NCBI GenBank assembly: GCA_964016885.1
Contig: OZ024741.1
Span: 194,742,001 to 194,806,000 of the forward strand
Source of the DNA: Eledone cirrhosa
Taxonomy: Eukaryota
Reading direction: 5' to 3'
Length of the DNA: 64,000 nt
A program made the translations under genes and the position numbers. The notes beneath the pieces are model-generated. The model did not search any database and was not told the origin of the DNA. It saw only the letters and a program-made list of their open reading frames with translations. Shown in pieces: positions 1 to 14,070 of this stretch. The stretch's first letter is position 1. The number at the start of each line of letters is the position of its first letter.

Positions 1-82
1 CAAACAAAATATCAAATCTATGAGATTTTGATAGTATTTATTTTAAGAACAATACTTTAACATCAGTATGAGTGGCCAGTTA

Positions 83-183
83 CAGCCAGTTTGAACAGAA
101 AGAGAATTCTGACCGGATACAGCTGGTTTGAACAGAAAGAGAATTCTGGCCGGATACAGCCAGTTTAAATGCTAAAGGGTTAA
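83..183 (+). repeat. 37-bp tandem repeat (about 2.3 copies) at the end of an interspersed repeat
   Basis: cagccagtttgaacagaaagagaattctgaccggata is repeated, followed by aaatgctaaagggttaa. Confidence 0.6.
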
Positions 184-574
184 TGATGAATTCTAGTCCC
201 GAATGACAGAAGACATCACTGAAATTAGATAGAATAAAAAATTAATAAAAATATAATGTGGGCTTGTAAAACGTCATGTTGAAAGAGTCTAATTTCTAGC
301 AGTTCATAAGATAATTCCTTCCATGGGCCTGTCTTATTACACCGTTTCTACAAAACATATTCTAGCCAGTACTGCTAAATTTTAAAATTCAGAGAGATAG
401 ATATATAGAATTTTTATGAATGAGCACTGATAATTATGATGAGTCTTTCAGTTAGGTAAATCAGATAATTCCAGATTTGTTTTCGTTTTATTAAATCTAG
501 ATTTCACTATACATGCTGAAATATGAACTAGAGAATCATTAAGTAAATGTACAATGATGTTCACTTGAACCCAT

Positions 575-833
575 ATGGCTTAGTGGTTAGGGTGTTTGGC
601 TAATGATCGTAAGGTTCTGAGTTCGATTCCTTGCATTGTTTCTTTGAGCAAGACACTTTATTTCACATTGTTCCTGTAATTCAAAAAGGCCCAGTTTTGT
701 CACACACTGTATCATACTGAATCTCCCCAAGAGCTACATTAAGAGTGAACATGTCTACGGAATTCTCAGCTACTTGCGCAGTAAATTCATGTGATGTCAG
801 TTCCATAGTTTGAACAACTGGAACTGACAGAGG
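575..833 (+). mobile_element. tRNA-derived SINE, family A (degenerate)
   Basis: A-box TGGCTTAGTGG, B-box GTTCGATTCC and ttgagcaagacacttt body; homologous to 21302, 24070, 61068 and 63912. Confidence 0.8.
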
Positions 834-1860
834 ACAACACACAAAATATTTCTTCAAATTATTTTTAGCTACCCTTTTATTAGTTTCAGTCATTGCACTG
901 TGGTCATGCAGAGGCACTACCTTCAATTATTAGAGACAAATAGGTCAATCCAAGCAATTAGTCTGCTAAATTATTTTATGGATTTCAATTTATCAAATGG
1001 CTGAGTTCACTCATTGAATTATATTTCTTTATAGCAGACAGTTCTATTGTTTGGATAATTGGAAGACTCATAGTCAAAACCAATGGAGGTCCAACACATA
1101 CACACACACTTGTAAGTGTAGTATATACAGTTCCACATACAAATGTAGGTGTAACAGATACAGTTACACACACGCATGTAGGTGTAATGGATACAGTTGT
1201 TCTCTAGAGATGTAAAATTACAGCAGTGGTGTGTTTTTTTTTGCAATGCTTAATCTGTTATAGTGGAGTCAAGATTCTAGTTCGTGTTTGCTAACAAATA
1301 ATGTGTAGCTATCTTTGATATGATATAAGATATCATTGTGGTATTATTGTAACATGTGCATTACTGTTTATAAGATTCAATAAGTTATCTACACACAGGG
1401 CTTGGTACTGGAAGATTAACGGTGCCAAACCTTTTTAAAATTATTTATTTATTATTTTAATTTTTTTCATTAAGCCTAGCTTCCTCTGCCGAATCAATAT
1501 TATCATTTATTTCCTATTTTTCTTTTCTTATATTTCCTTCAAATCAGGAATGTTCTGAAAGACAGATTTGGCTAATAGCATCACATTTATTCTCATGTGT
1601 ATAATCTAAAAGCTCAATATTTGTGTAGAACCTGTCTATTTAACTTTTGCTTTTAAAAGTTTGGTTTTCTGTTATAATCGATTTTGCATACTACATCATA
1701 TTATACCAGTGTATAGTAACATGAGCATATTGTAAAATATCATATCTATCTGTCTGCCTGTCCATCAATCTACCTATTCATGACCTGTATTTCAGTCTAT
1801 CTATCTATCTATCAAACTGTATATCCACCCATCTATCTCTCTGTTTCTTTGTCTGTCTAC

Positions 1861-1949
<89 letters not shown>

Positions 1950-1952
1950 AAT

Positions 1953-1985
<33 letters not shown>

Positions 1986-2173
1986 ACGAAGGAAATGTGG
2001 TAAGGAACCAGGTGGACCATAACGCACCAAAGTACTCAATACTTAGGGTAGTAGAGTGGGTAATAGGAACAAGATAGACCCCGACGGCTGAGCTCAAGCC
2101 GTTTCGACGGCTAATTCAGTCCAGAATTAGCCGTCGAAACGGCTTGAGCTCAGCCGTCGGGGTCTATCTTGTT

Positions 2174-2178
<5 letters not shown>
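1986..2178. mobile_element. Miniature fold-back PLE terminus inside (TA)n: 55-bp perfect inverted repeat containing the 3' half of a hammerhead
   Basis: Arms 2063-2117 and 2124-2178 with loop agtcca; each arm has GAAAC-ggct-loop-agcc-GTC; (TA)n on both sides. Confidence 0.7.
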
Positions 2179-2526
<348 letters not shown>

Positions 2527-2527
2527 A

Positions 2528-2617
<90 letters not shown>

Positions 2618-2905
2618 ATCCAGCCATTCTTGTCTGTCGGTCTGTTTGACTATCTGTCTGTCTATCCATCCATCCATACTTGACTGTCTGTCTGACTATC
2701 CTTCAATCCATCCATCTATACATTTGTCTGTCTATTTTCTGACTGAACATTTCCTCTCTTCTTCCTTCTCTACACCATGCTTTCCATTTCCCCTTCCCCC
2801 ACCTTCTCATCACTCCCACCTCTTTCTCCTGGTAAAATGTACACATACACATGTAGAAAAAAAGACAGCCACGTCTTTTCACCAAGCTCTCTCTCTCTCT
2901 CTCTC

Positions 2906-2969
<64 letters not shown>

Positions 2970-3700
2970 CTTGAGATTTGATGTCAGCACTAGAAGTTGA
3001 TTCTCTTCCAAATCCTCCAGCTGCTACTCATGGTCTTTCTCTATTAAACTGAAATAATTGCCACAATAAATACTGGTCTCCATGACAACTACCGACCATT
3101 CCAACCAAGACAAAGCCTCTACATAGGAGCTCAATGATCTAAAAATAGCAGCCAAAATCTCCATTAAATCAAATGCCATCTTAAACAATGAAGGATACAT
3201 ACCCATAAAAAACAAGATGGTCATTATATGAAACCCACAGTTTCATATAATCAAAGTTAGGAGCTCAACCATAAGCCAGAAACAACCCCCTCATTCATCA
3301 ACTTGAGTCTCTTTGAACTGAAAGAGAAGTTTCTGTATGGTCACTCACCTTCATAGAAATACCAACCAAATTTCCCTCATATCACACTATCATATAAAAA
3401 CAAAAAGGAGGGCCACATTAAATAATGTGACCCTAGATATAAAGATTAAAAAAAACAACCAAAGGCTGGTTACAACTGGGATGTGTTTGTTCATAGGCTT
3501 ATGTGGTTACTTTAAATAATCAGTCTTTCTTCTTCTTCTTCTTCTAAGTGAGACCAACCAAGGTTATGAAGGTTATCTGACCATCTTGCTCGTCGTTTAC
3601 CTCTGGATCTTCTGCTTTGTTTGTAAAATTTGTCCTCCAATTCTTTCCTTCGACAGTTTAACTATGTGTATGTAGTACTGACATTAATATAGAAAAGATA

Positions 3701-3890
3701 GGGCGATGGATTGGCAGTATCGGTAGAGGGTCGGACGCCATGCTTTCCAGCATAGTTACGTCCCTTTACGATCTGAGTTCAAATCCCGCCGAGGTTGACT
3801 TTGCCTTTCATCCTTACGGGGTCGATAAAATAAAGTACCAGTAATGCACTGGGTAATTGCTGGCCTTGTGCCTAAAGTAGAAACAATTAT
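3701..3890 (+). mobile_element. SINE family B (tRNA-like head, conserved central domain), full length with 12-bp TSD
   Basis: tggcagtatcgg...gagttcaaatccc...ctttgcctttcatccttacggggtcgataaaataaagtaccag...gtagaaacaattat; TSD tatagaaaagat at 3688 and 3891; more than 10 copies in the window. Confidence 0.9.
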
Positions 3891-3929
3891 TATAGAAAAG
3901 ATTTCGACTCTATTTGTGTGGTGCAATAA

Positions 3930-4320
3930 TCTTCTTCTGAGAGGGTCGTGGGAGCAGAGTCTTCAAAGACCCTTTCCAGCAGGTAATGTCCGAAGCAACC
4001 ATCTCCAACTGATCCGACTGGATCCCCAAGTGACATCAGCCAAGCTCATAGATGTTATCCACCATCTTGATCGGGGTATATCCCTGTATCTCCTGCCAGT
4101 TGGTTTTTGCCTGTAGAATATGTCCAGCAATCCTTTCCTGAGACATTCTAACCCCATGCCCATAGTATCGGAGCTGTGATCTCCTAATTCAGAGAAGTAG
4201 CGACTCTACCTGGAGTGACTCTCTGATCTCCAAGCTATGCACTCTATTAAGTAACATTATTCCAAAGACCCTTCGTCCATATCATCTTTTCAGTCGGAAG
4301 TTCCCCGTAAGATTGCAGAG
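3930..4320 (-). pseudogene. Degenerate RTE-type LINE 3' coding remnant
   Basis: KPTGRRYRDIPRSRW resembles the P-x-G-x-R-x-RGRP-x-x-RW C-terminal motif of RTE ORFs. Confidence 0.45.
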
Positions 4321-4952
4321 TGTGGCAAAAACTTTTCTAAATTCTGTCAACTCTTATTTGCCTCAGTGTTCAGTTTATAAATATAGCTGTAATAATCTAA
4401 CCTAATTCATCAAGCTTCCAATACTGAATCATCGTTGATTATGTGAAGGACATATAATCTATATATTACGTTTCCTGGATTGTGAAAATGGTGGTGTATA
4501 CGAAAACCATAACACTATTTTGCTTCTCATTTCTAATATTTCTCTACACACAAGCTTCTATATCATACATAAAAAAATACTTTACCAATACAACCCCCAT
4601 AATACTCTTGATTGCCCGCTTAAAGTGCTTAATTTTCATATAACACCTTGCCGCACTATAATCTTATAATCTTATATAAATAAGACACACGTGCATGCCC
4701 CACGTGTAATTATTGCATACACTAACTACTTCAAACTATCCTCTTGCATTATCTTCGTAAACTGCCGATGTTGTATTTTAACTTTAATCTTGTTTTAATT
4801 TTCTTTTAATATGATTTTAATCTTTGAATGTAAATTGCCATGCTAAAATATTATAATGAATGTCAACCCACTGTGCATCGATATGTACATATGTTTCTGT
4901 ATGTCTCTTGTGTTGGAAAGGAGGTCATGTATGTAAACAATAATAAAAAATT

Positions 4953-4997
4953 GCTCCGAAGACTCCAAACCTCGGTTTGGACGTAACAATTGTAAGC
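4953..4997 (+). ncRNA. Degenerate type I hammerhead ribozyme at an old PLE 3' end
   Basis: gct CCGAAGA c tccaaacc-tc-ggtttgga c GTAAC aatt GTA agc: stems intact, two core substitutions; (TA)n follows about 40 nt later. Confidence 0.55.
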
Positions 4998-5032
4998 TAA
5001 TAAATGGTTTGAACAGAACTTTGATTCATGTA

Positions 5033-5065
<33 letters not shown>

Positions 5066-5069
<4 letters not shown>

Positions 5070-6286
5070 TAAATCTACCAAAATGTACGGTAGTGTCCAA
5101 TCCATATGAAGAACTCAATGTAATCCGAATATCATGAAAAGAGAAGATGTATTCAAAAAATTTTTTCGATGAAAAATAGAGTCAAGATAAATTAATAAAA
5201 TAATGAATAAACAAAGAAACAGTTCCTTATATTAAAAAATTCATCATTTTACGATCGATCGTTTCTAGGATATATATGTTAGTGTTGGTATGCATATCCT
5301 ATAGATCTATGTAAAATTTTTACAAACTATCAGAGGGAATATACATACCTACACATATATATGCTGTCTTCATAAATAATTGTTTCTACTTTTGGCACAA
5401 GGCCAGCAATTATCCTAGTACATTACTGGTACTTTATTTTATCGACCCCGTAAGGATGAAAGGCAAAGTAAACCTCGGCGGGATTTGAACTCAGATCGTA
5501 AAGGGACGTAACTATGCTGGAAAGCATGGCGTCCGACCTTCTACCGATACTGCCAATCCACCGCAAATAATGATATTTGTTTATTGAAAAAAAACCAACA
5601 AAGATTTAATACAATAGGTCAGTTTGGGAACAGGTTTTGAATTGACCAATAGAAAGATAGTGAAGGTCAAGATGGTAAAATAGTAGTAAAAGAACCTTAA
5701 TTTATGGGTAGAGGAAGGTATATTTCAGTTTTGGATGGAAAGAATATTATGAATGAAAGATTATTTTAGGGATGAAAATAGGTCATATGCTGACCTCAGA
5801 AATAATTATATTTGTTCATTGAATAAAACCAACAAAGATTTAATATAGTAGGTTTGTTTGGGAAACAGGTTTTGAGTTGACCAATAGAAAGGTAATAATT
5901 GGCCAAAGGGTAAAATAGTAGTAATGGAAGTTTATTTTAGGGGTAGAAGAAGGCAGATTTCAGTTTTGAATGGAAGGAGTATGAAGAATGTAAAGGTTAT
6001 TTTAGGGGTGAAAATAGGTCAGGTCAGTAAAAGGTACACGAAAAGTTGCTGTTATAAAAGAATAGTGCAAATGTAAATATCTAAGGAGACTAAAATTTTA
6101 CGATAAAAGTGTTAGTGAAAAAAAATATATGGAGTTTACATCTATGAAAAGGATATAAATTAATTTAATTGATGGGTATATTTATATTGATAAAATTATA
6201 TTAATGCATATAGATATGATAAATAAGAGTTAGATGTAATTGAAAAGTGCTGTTAAAGACGAGGGGAAATTAAAAAAATATAAAAA

Positions 6287-6339
<53 letters not shown>

Positions 6340-8331
6340 TTGGGGGGGGGGGGGGGTTTAAATTTATTAGTGAGAAATAATTAATATATAGAGATTTCAA
6401 GGAACATAGAATCATAACCTGAAATTAAAACATTATATATGTTTACTTAATGGTATCCATTTTAGGAAAAGATAGTTGTAAGAAGGAAAGTAAAATTATG
6501 TAGTTCATCAGTAGTAGAATATTAATTATAGGTTAACTAAATTAAAAAAAATTTTTATTAATTTCTAAAATGTATATTAATTAGGTTTATAATATTTAAA
6601 TGTTTTTCTCGGTTTATGATTACACGATATTATTAATTCCTGTCGCTTATTTAATAGGATATCCTTAGATTTCATTATTTCGAAAAGTTCTTGGGAACAC
6701 AATCTACATTCATATCTATTATTTTGATAAGGGGTGGCCCTTTTGAGCACACTCCAGGTCAGGTCATAATCTATATTCCTCTTTCTATAATTATTAATTA
6801 TTTCAGCTAGAGATGTTGTATTAGCTAATGCGGCATTTTTAAAACTATGTTTGTGGGTATTAAATCTTACTTTAAATTGGTTAGAGGTAGCTCCTATATA
6901 TGAATAAATTGAGTCCTTAGTGTTAACTTTACATTTATATACTATGTTATTAACAAGGCAATTTCCTTTTAATGGGCAGTTTGCTTTGTTTCTACAGTTA
7001 CAACTTTTCGTGAATCCTGTATCAGAGGAGATATTATGGTTAGTTTGATGTACTGGTGGTATACTCATGGTTTTTTTTACATTTATATGCATTGTAGGCA
7101 CTTATATTTTGTTTTATGTTTTTGGTTGTTGAGTAGGAGAATTTAACCGTTGATCTATTTAAAATTTGATGGTATTTGTGGTTTGGCGGGAAGTTCATCT
7201 CTAGGATACTAAAAAATGTTTTAGGTATATTATCCTTAATTTGTAAATTAAATGGAGCATTAAACCAAGTAACTCGTCTATTACGGTTTCGATGTTGTTT
7301 ATTGTTTTTATAGGATGTATCCTGATGTTTATTATGAGAATTATTGTTAATGACTTCACCACACACATTTTTAGTTAGATTTATTGACTTAGGTGTTTTA
7401 GCTTGTTTATTAGGAGTTTTATTATTAACATTTATTAGAGTAGTAAGATGAATAGTTTTTTGAGAGTTACTATATTGTATATTAGAAGAGTTAGAGAAAT
7501 TTGGTTTTATGTTGGTATTTTGGGGTATAGTGTGAGTGGAATTTAGGTGTGTATGTTTCATTTGGTGTTTGTTGGTAATATTAGGTTGTATGTTTGTAGT
7601 GTTATTGGTACAAGGTATATATATACTAATTTATTTTTGTGGCCACTTCTAGCTAAAGCTTCGTTATAAAAGGTCACATTTTTATCAAATACATCCTGGT
7701 TAGACGAAAGGTTAGAAATTCTAAGTGAGATATTATATGCTAGGTTTTTAAGGATAGATTTAGGGTGATTAGATTGTGAGTGTATGTAATGTAAATTTTG
7801 GTTAGGTTTATGGTAAGGTTGGTAGATACCCGTAGATAAGTCTAATGTTATATCAAGGAAATTAACTACTTTACTTGTGTTTTCAAATGTAATATCTAGA
7901 CTATAATAGTCTTTGAGGAAAGTTCTAATAAGCTTTTTATTTTTTTCTATCTCTGAAAGGCTAAGGTTATTGGAAAGAAGAAGACAGTCGTCACGATATA
8001 AACCACCTTTAAGGTGGGGAAAGGAAGCATTTATGTTAAAAAGAAGAAAGAGGCCCACAAGATCAGTAATTTGGGCAGAATCACTTGAGCCCATAGTAAT
8101 ATCGAATAGATTACTATATGTGTTTCTGGTCCAGTATTCATTTTGAAATTCCAATAGTGTTTGTCTAGCATGTGTAATAATATTAATGTCATCCAAAGTT
8201 AAGTTAGATCTATTTTTAGCAAATATCAAGGCTTTGTTCAGGAGTATAGGTGATATAGAGGAATAATAATTATCTATATCAAATTGTAGAAATGAAGCAG
8301 AAGATTTATTTCTAATATTAAACCAGTTAAT
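5066..8331 (-). mobile_element. Inverted 5'-truncated copy of Naiad-type PLE A (RT C-half, GIY-YIG, pLTR)
   Basis: Near-identical reverse complement of about 9720-12660, plus pLTR extension; ORFs 7558-8229, 7040-7561 and 6577-7101. Confidence 0.92.
5378..5564 (-). mobile_element. SINE family B inserted in the PLE pLTR, TSD aaataat
   Basis: Absent from the sister pLTR copies at about 8545 and 12478; aaataat duplicated on both sides. Confidence 0.9.
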
Positions 8332-8541
8332 GACCTATTCTCATCCCTAAAATAATCTTTCATTCATAATATTCTTTCCATCCAAAACTGAAATATACCT
8401 TCCTCTACCCATAAATTAAGGTTCTTTTACTACTATTTTACCATCTTGACCTTCACTATCTTTCTATTGGTCAATTCAAAACCTGTTCCCAAACAGACCT
8501 ATTGTATTAAATCTTTGTTGGTTTTTTTCAATAAACAAATA

Positions 8542-8679
8542 TCATTATTTATGAAGACAGCATATATATATGTAGGTATGTATATTCCCTCTGATAGTTT
8601 GTAAAAATTTTACATAGATCTATAGGATATGCATACCAACACTAACATATATATCCTAGAAACGATCGTAAAATAATGA
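8542..8679 (+). ncRNA. Variant type I hammerhead in the PLE A pLTR (other copies about 12475-12610 + and about 5243-5572 -)
   Basis: 9-bp stem I tcattattt/aaataatga; core ATGAAGA; about 100-nt domain II ending in a taggatat/atatccta helix; GAAAC-gatc-GTA. Confidence 0.55.
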
Positions 8680-9013
8680 ATTTTTTAATATAAGGAACTG
8701 TTTCTTTGTTTATTCATTATTTTATTAATTTATCTTGACTCTGTTTTCCGTTATTTTTCACCGAAAAAACCTTTTGAATACATCTCTTTTCATGATATTC
8801 GGATTACATTGAGTTCTTCATACAGATTGGACACTACCGTACATTTTGGTAGATTTATCTACATACTTTGCTCCTATTTTTATGGGGATATTCTTATTTT
8901 TATGAATGTATATGTATGTGTATGTGTATATATATTTTATATATATGTGTATAACTTTATAACTCCATATATATATAGTTGAGCTCTTTTTCTTGTCCAT
9001 TATCCATATCACA

Positions 9014-11475
9014 ATGGAAAAACAATACTTGGGAACTTCATTAAAAAATATACCATTACCTTCTAAGGATGATTTCTTACTTCTTATGATACAAAAAACC
9101 AACCAATTTATCAGAAGAGTCAGATGGAGTCAGTTGAAATTCCACTTCGATAAAAAAACAAAATGTACTGATAGGAAATATTTATATGATTTCATTACAT
9201 ATAAAAATCCACCACACAACTCCTTACTTGAAAACTTTGAGAAATACCTTTTTAACTTAATCAAACACCTCAAATTTAAGAAGTATAAATCTAATTTTCA
9301 AAAGGATCTTGATTCTACCCTATTGGATCTAAAAAAATCTAAAAAAATCCATGTCCACTCTGACAAAACTGGAAATCTGTATCACATGGATATTGAAAAT
9401 TACAATGAGTTCATATATAAAGAACTCAGGAAAAATTATAAAAAAACAAACAATGCGTCACTTACCAACATCAACAACAAAACACACAACATAGTGAATA
9501 GACTTAATATTGAAGATAGAACTGAACCTTTGGCACTGAAAAGACCACATTTCAACCTGAAAGATCATAAATCTAACTTTAACTCTAATCCTTCTATAAG
9601 GCTTATATGCCCTTCCAAATCTGATATTGGAATCATCAGTAAACATTTTTTTAGATAGAGTCATCCCACAACTAAGAAAACATGTTAATTTACCACTCTG
9701 GGAAAACACATCCCAGGTAATTAACTGGTTTAATAATATTAGAAATAAATCTTCTGCTTCATTTCTACAATTTGATATAGATAATTATTATTCCTCTATA
9801 TCACCTATACTCCTGAACAAAGCCTTGATATTTGCTAAAAATAGATCTAACTTAACTTTGGATGACATTAATATTATTACACATGCTAGACAAACACTAT
9901 TGGAATTTCAAAATGAATACTGGACCAGAAACACATATAGTAATCTATTCGATATTACTATGGGCTCAAGTGATTCTGCCCAAATTACTGATCTTGTGGG
10001 CCTCTTTCTTCTTTTTAACATAAATGCTTCTTTTCCCCACCTTAAAGGTGGTTTATATCGTGACGACTGTCTTCTTCTTTCCAATAACCTTAGCCTTTCA
10101 GAGATAGAAAAAAATAAAAAGCTTATTAGAAATTTCCTCAAAGACTATTATAGTCTAGATATTACATTTGAAAACACAAGTAAAGTAGTTAATTTCCTTG
10201 ATATAACATTAGACTTATCTACGGATATCTACCAACCTTACCATAAACCTAACCAAAATTTACATTACATACACTCACAATCTAATCACCCTAAATCTAT
10301 CCTTAAAAACCTAGCATATAATATCTCACTTAGAATTTCTAACCTTTCGTCTAACCAGGATGTATTTGATAAAAATGTGACCTTTTATAACGAAGCTTTA
10401 GCTAGAAGTGGCCACAAAAATAAATTAGTATATATACCTTGTACCAATAACACTACAAACATACAACCTAATATTACCAACAAACACCAAATGAAACATA
10501 CACACCTAAATTCCACTCACACTATACCCCAAAATACCAACATAAAACCAAATTTCTCTAACTCTTCTAATATACAATATAGTAACTCTCAAAAAACTAT
10601 TCATCTTACTACTCTAATAAATGTTAATAATAAAACTCCTAATAAACAAGCTAAAACACCTAAGTCAATAAATCTAACTAAAAATGTGTGTGGTGAAGTC
10701 ATTAACAATAATTCTCATAATAAACATCAGGATACATCCTATAAAAACAATAAACAACATCGAAACCGTAATAGACGAGTTACTTGGTTTAATGCTCCAT
10801 TTAATTTACAAATTAAGGATAATATACCTAAAACATTTTTTAGTATCCTAGAGATGAACTTCCCGCCAAACCACAAATACCATCAAATTTTAAATAGATC
10901 AACGGTTAAATTCTCCTACTCAACAACCAAAAACATAAAACAAAATATAAGTGCCTACAATGCATATAAATGTAAAAAAAACCATGAGTATACCACCAGT
11001 ACATCAAACTAACCATAATATCTCCTCTGATACAGGATTCACGAAAAGTTGTAACTGTAGAAACAAAGCAAACTGCCCATTAAAAGGAAATTGCCTTGTT
11101 AATAACATAGTATATAAATGTAAAGTTAACACTAAGGACTCAATTTATTCATATATAGGAGCTACCTCTAACCAATTTAAAGTAAGATTTAATACCCACA
11201 AACATAGTTTTAAAAATGCCGCATTAGCTAATACAACATCTCTAGCTGAAATAATTAATAATTATAGAAAGAGGAATATAGATTATGACCTGACCTGGAG
11301 TGTGCTCAAAAGGGCCACCCCTTATCAAAATAATAGATATGAATGTAGATTGTGTTCCCAAGAACTTTTCGAAATAATGAAATCTAAGGATATCCTATTA
11401 AATAAGCGACAGGAATTAATAATATCGTGTAATCATAAACCGAGAAAAACATTTAAATATTATAAACCTAATTAA
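9014..11475 (+). pseudogene. PLE A polyprotein: RT plus GIY-YIG endonuclease, with two +1 homopolymer frameshifts
   Basis: DKT, KDHK, FDIDNYY, MGSSDSA, LYRDD, NFLDITL, SNHP, WFNAPF, VKFSYS, CNCRxxxxCPLxGxC, YIG, CRLC; shifts at the T run near 9650 and the A8 run at 10974-10981. Confidence 0.9.
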
Positions 11476-11706
11476 TATACATTTTAGAAATTAATAAAAA
11501 TTTTTTTTAATTTAGTTAACCTATAATTAATATTCTACTACTGATGAACTACATAATTTTACTTTCCTTCTTACAACTATCTTTTCCTAAAATGGATACC
11601 ATTAAGTAAACATATATAATGTTTTAATTTCAGGTTATGATTCTATGTTCCTTGAAATCTCTATATATTAATTATTTCTCACTAATAAATTTAACCCCCC
11701 CCCCAA

Positions 11707-11763
<57 letters not shown>

Positions 11764-12027
11764 TTTTTATATTTTTTTAATTTCCCTTCGTCTTTAACAG
11801 CACTTTTCAATTACATCTAACTCTTATTTATCATATCTATATGCATTAATATAATTTTATCAATATAATATACCCATCAATTAAATTAATTTATATCCTT
11901 TTCATAGATGTAAACTCCATATATTTTTTTTCACTAACACTTTTATCGTAAAATTTTAGTCTCCTTAGATATTTACATTTGCATTATTCTTTTACAACAG
12001 CAACTTTTCGTGTACCTTTTACTGACC

Positions 12028-12480
12028 TGACCTATTTTCACCCCTAAAATAACCTTTTCATTCTTCATACTCCTTCCATTCAAAACTGAAATCTGCCTTC
12101 TTCTACCCCTAAAATAAACTTCCATTACTACTATTTTACCATTTGGCCAATTATTACCTTTCTATTGGTCAACTCAAAACCTGTTTCCCAAACAAACCTA
12201 CTATATTAAATCTTTGTTGGTTTTATTCAATGAACAAATATAATTATTTCTGAGGTCAGCATATGACCTATTTTCATCCCTAAAATAATCTTTCATTCAT
12301 AATATTCTTTCCATCCAAAACTGAAATATACCTTCCTCTACCCATAAATTAAGGTTCTTTTACTACTATTTTACCATCTTGACCTTCACTATCTTTCTAT
12401 TGGTCAATTCAAAACCTGTTCCCAAACAGACCTATTGTATTAAATCTTTGTTGTTTTTTTTCAATAAACAAATATCATTA
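12028..12480 (+). repeat. Two diverged direct subrepeats of about 235 bp within the PLE A 3' UTR/pLTR
   Basis: tgacctattttcacccctaaaataa...aaatctttgttgg at about 12028 and 12264. Confidence 0.75.
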
Positions 12481-12660
12481 TTTATGAAGACAGCATATAT
12501 ATGTGTAGGTATGTATATTCCCTCTGATAGTTTGTAAAAATTTTACATAGATCTATAGGATATGCATACCAACACTAACATATATATCCTAGAAACGATC
12601 GTAAAATGATGAATTTTTTAATATAAGGAACTGTTTCTTTGTTTATTCATTATTTTATTA

Positions 12661-12703
<43 letters not shown>

Positions 12704-12759
12704 TCCACAGTTGATAACGTGCTTCAGTCATTGTACACTGGCACCCTTCACATGAAACA

Positions 12760-13350
12760 AGCACCACTTACCAGACTTGGACTGTTTAACATAATGTGGT
12801 GTCTGTTACTCTGCTGTAAATACGTCTTGCTATATAGAATGGAATATTACTTTTGTATGTGAGGCATACAAAGATCGATAATTTAAATATTGGTGTGTAT
12901 CTATTTATAAAAAGAGACCTGTTTTAATATCATCCTCTTCTTTGATAATTAGGATGTCCAAAAGCGTCAGTTCCATTGTTAATTTTATTGATTCATGTAG
13001 TCTGTTTCAAAGGTAATGGAATATTTTCAGATCGTTTTGACTTCTATTCCCAGAAATGAAGCAGTTGTCTAAATATCCATTCTTGTTATTTCTTAATTAG
13101 ATGGCAAAATCTTCGTTGAATGTTTCTAGTAACTGGGAATACAGCAAATCTTCTAAGAGGCTCATCACGAGTGATGTATATGTTAGAGCGATGTTTTTGT
13201 CCATGGCCGTCTCTTATATTTGTCAATATAAATTGTTGTCACAAAAAACAAACAGACAAACAAAAAAACAAAACCAAAAAAAAAACGGTTATTCTCCCGT
13301 ATTAATTTTAGCCCTTCCAAAATAAAATCTTTTGGAAATCTCTCTGGGAT
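12760..13350 (-). pseudogene. Highly degenerate PLE RT remnant (Neptune/Poseidon-like)
   Basis: Minus strand gives ILEGLKLIRENN, MDKNIALTYTSLVM (cf. MGTKMAPTYA), GYLDNCF (cf. RYLDDCF) and LLDILI. Confidence 0.5.
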
Positions 13351-13623
13351 GTGATCTGAATGTTTTGCCATCCACACACTCACATAATCATAACAGCCAA
13401 TGTGTGTAGCCAATTCGCTATACATATACACACACAGCTGTAGCGAATATTAGACGCTACCACCCCTCCTTCCCCATTTTGGAAATCTCTCTGGGATGTG
13501 ATCTGAATGTTTTGCCATCCACACACTCACATAATCATAACAGCCAATGTGTGTAGCCAATTCGCTATACATATACACACACAGCTGTAGCGAATATTAG
13601 ACGCTACCACCCCTCCTTCCCCA
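13331..13623 (+). repeat. 147-bp tandem duplication
   Basis: Unit tttggaaatctctctggg...cccctccttcccca at 13331 and 13478. Confidence 0.9.
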
Positions 13624-13957
13624 GTCGACGTAATCACCCCTTCCTTCCTCAGCCATCTCTAGAGCGTTACAGACAAATACACAAGGCTATTACATTAGTA
13701 GATTCGTAATTACATATTATGATAGCTTTTGAGAAATATCCAGCAAAAGTATTTCAGATGTGAAGGATTCATCTACCATTTTCTTTCTTGCGTTAGCCAT
13801 TCTGACTTAAACCAGTCCGTAGAAAAGAAGAATGTGATAAAGATCCCTGGTTCAGTAAAATATATTTGAAAATAAAAAAAAAAGAAATATCTTCTCTGAG
13901 GGTTGTTATTCTTTAATCATCAAGTGTTTTATATATACATATGTATATACATATGCA

Positions 13958-14070
<113 letters not shown>

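Larger units (their letters stand above)
8330..12664 (+). mobile_element. Penelope-like retroelement A (Naiad-type), pLTR-ORF-pLTR
   Basis: Direct repeats at about 8330-8733 and 12263-12664 flank an RT-EN reading frame; ends in (TA)n. Confidence 0.92.

Noticed and set aside
575-640. tRNA genes at A/B-box sites
   Set aside because: These are SINE heads continuing into repeat bodies; no full cloverleaf
10971-10985. A AAA AAC slippery site between the RT and EN frames of PLE A, present in both copies
   Set aside because: The EN frame is +1, not -1. One extra A in a homopolymer that predates the duplication explains it.
11541-11660. CTGATGA as a hammerhead core (also 22341 and 61030)
   Set aside because: No compatible stems with GAAA-NUH
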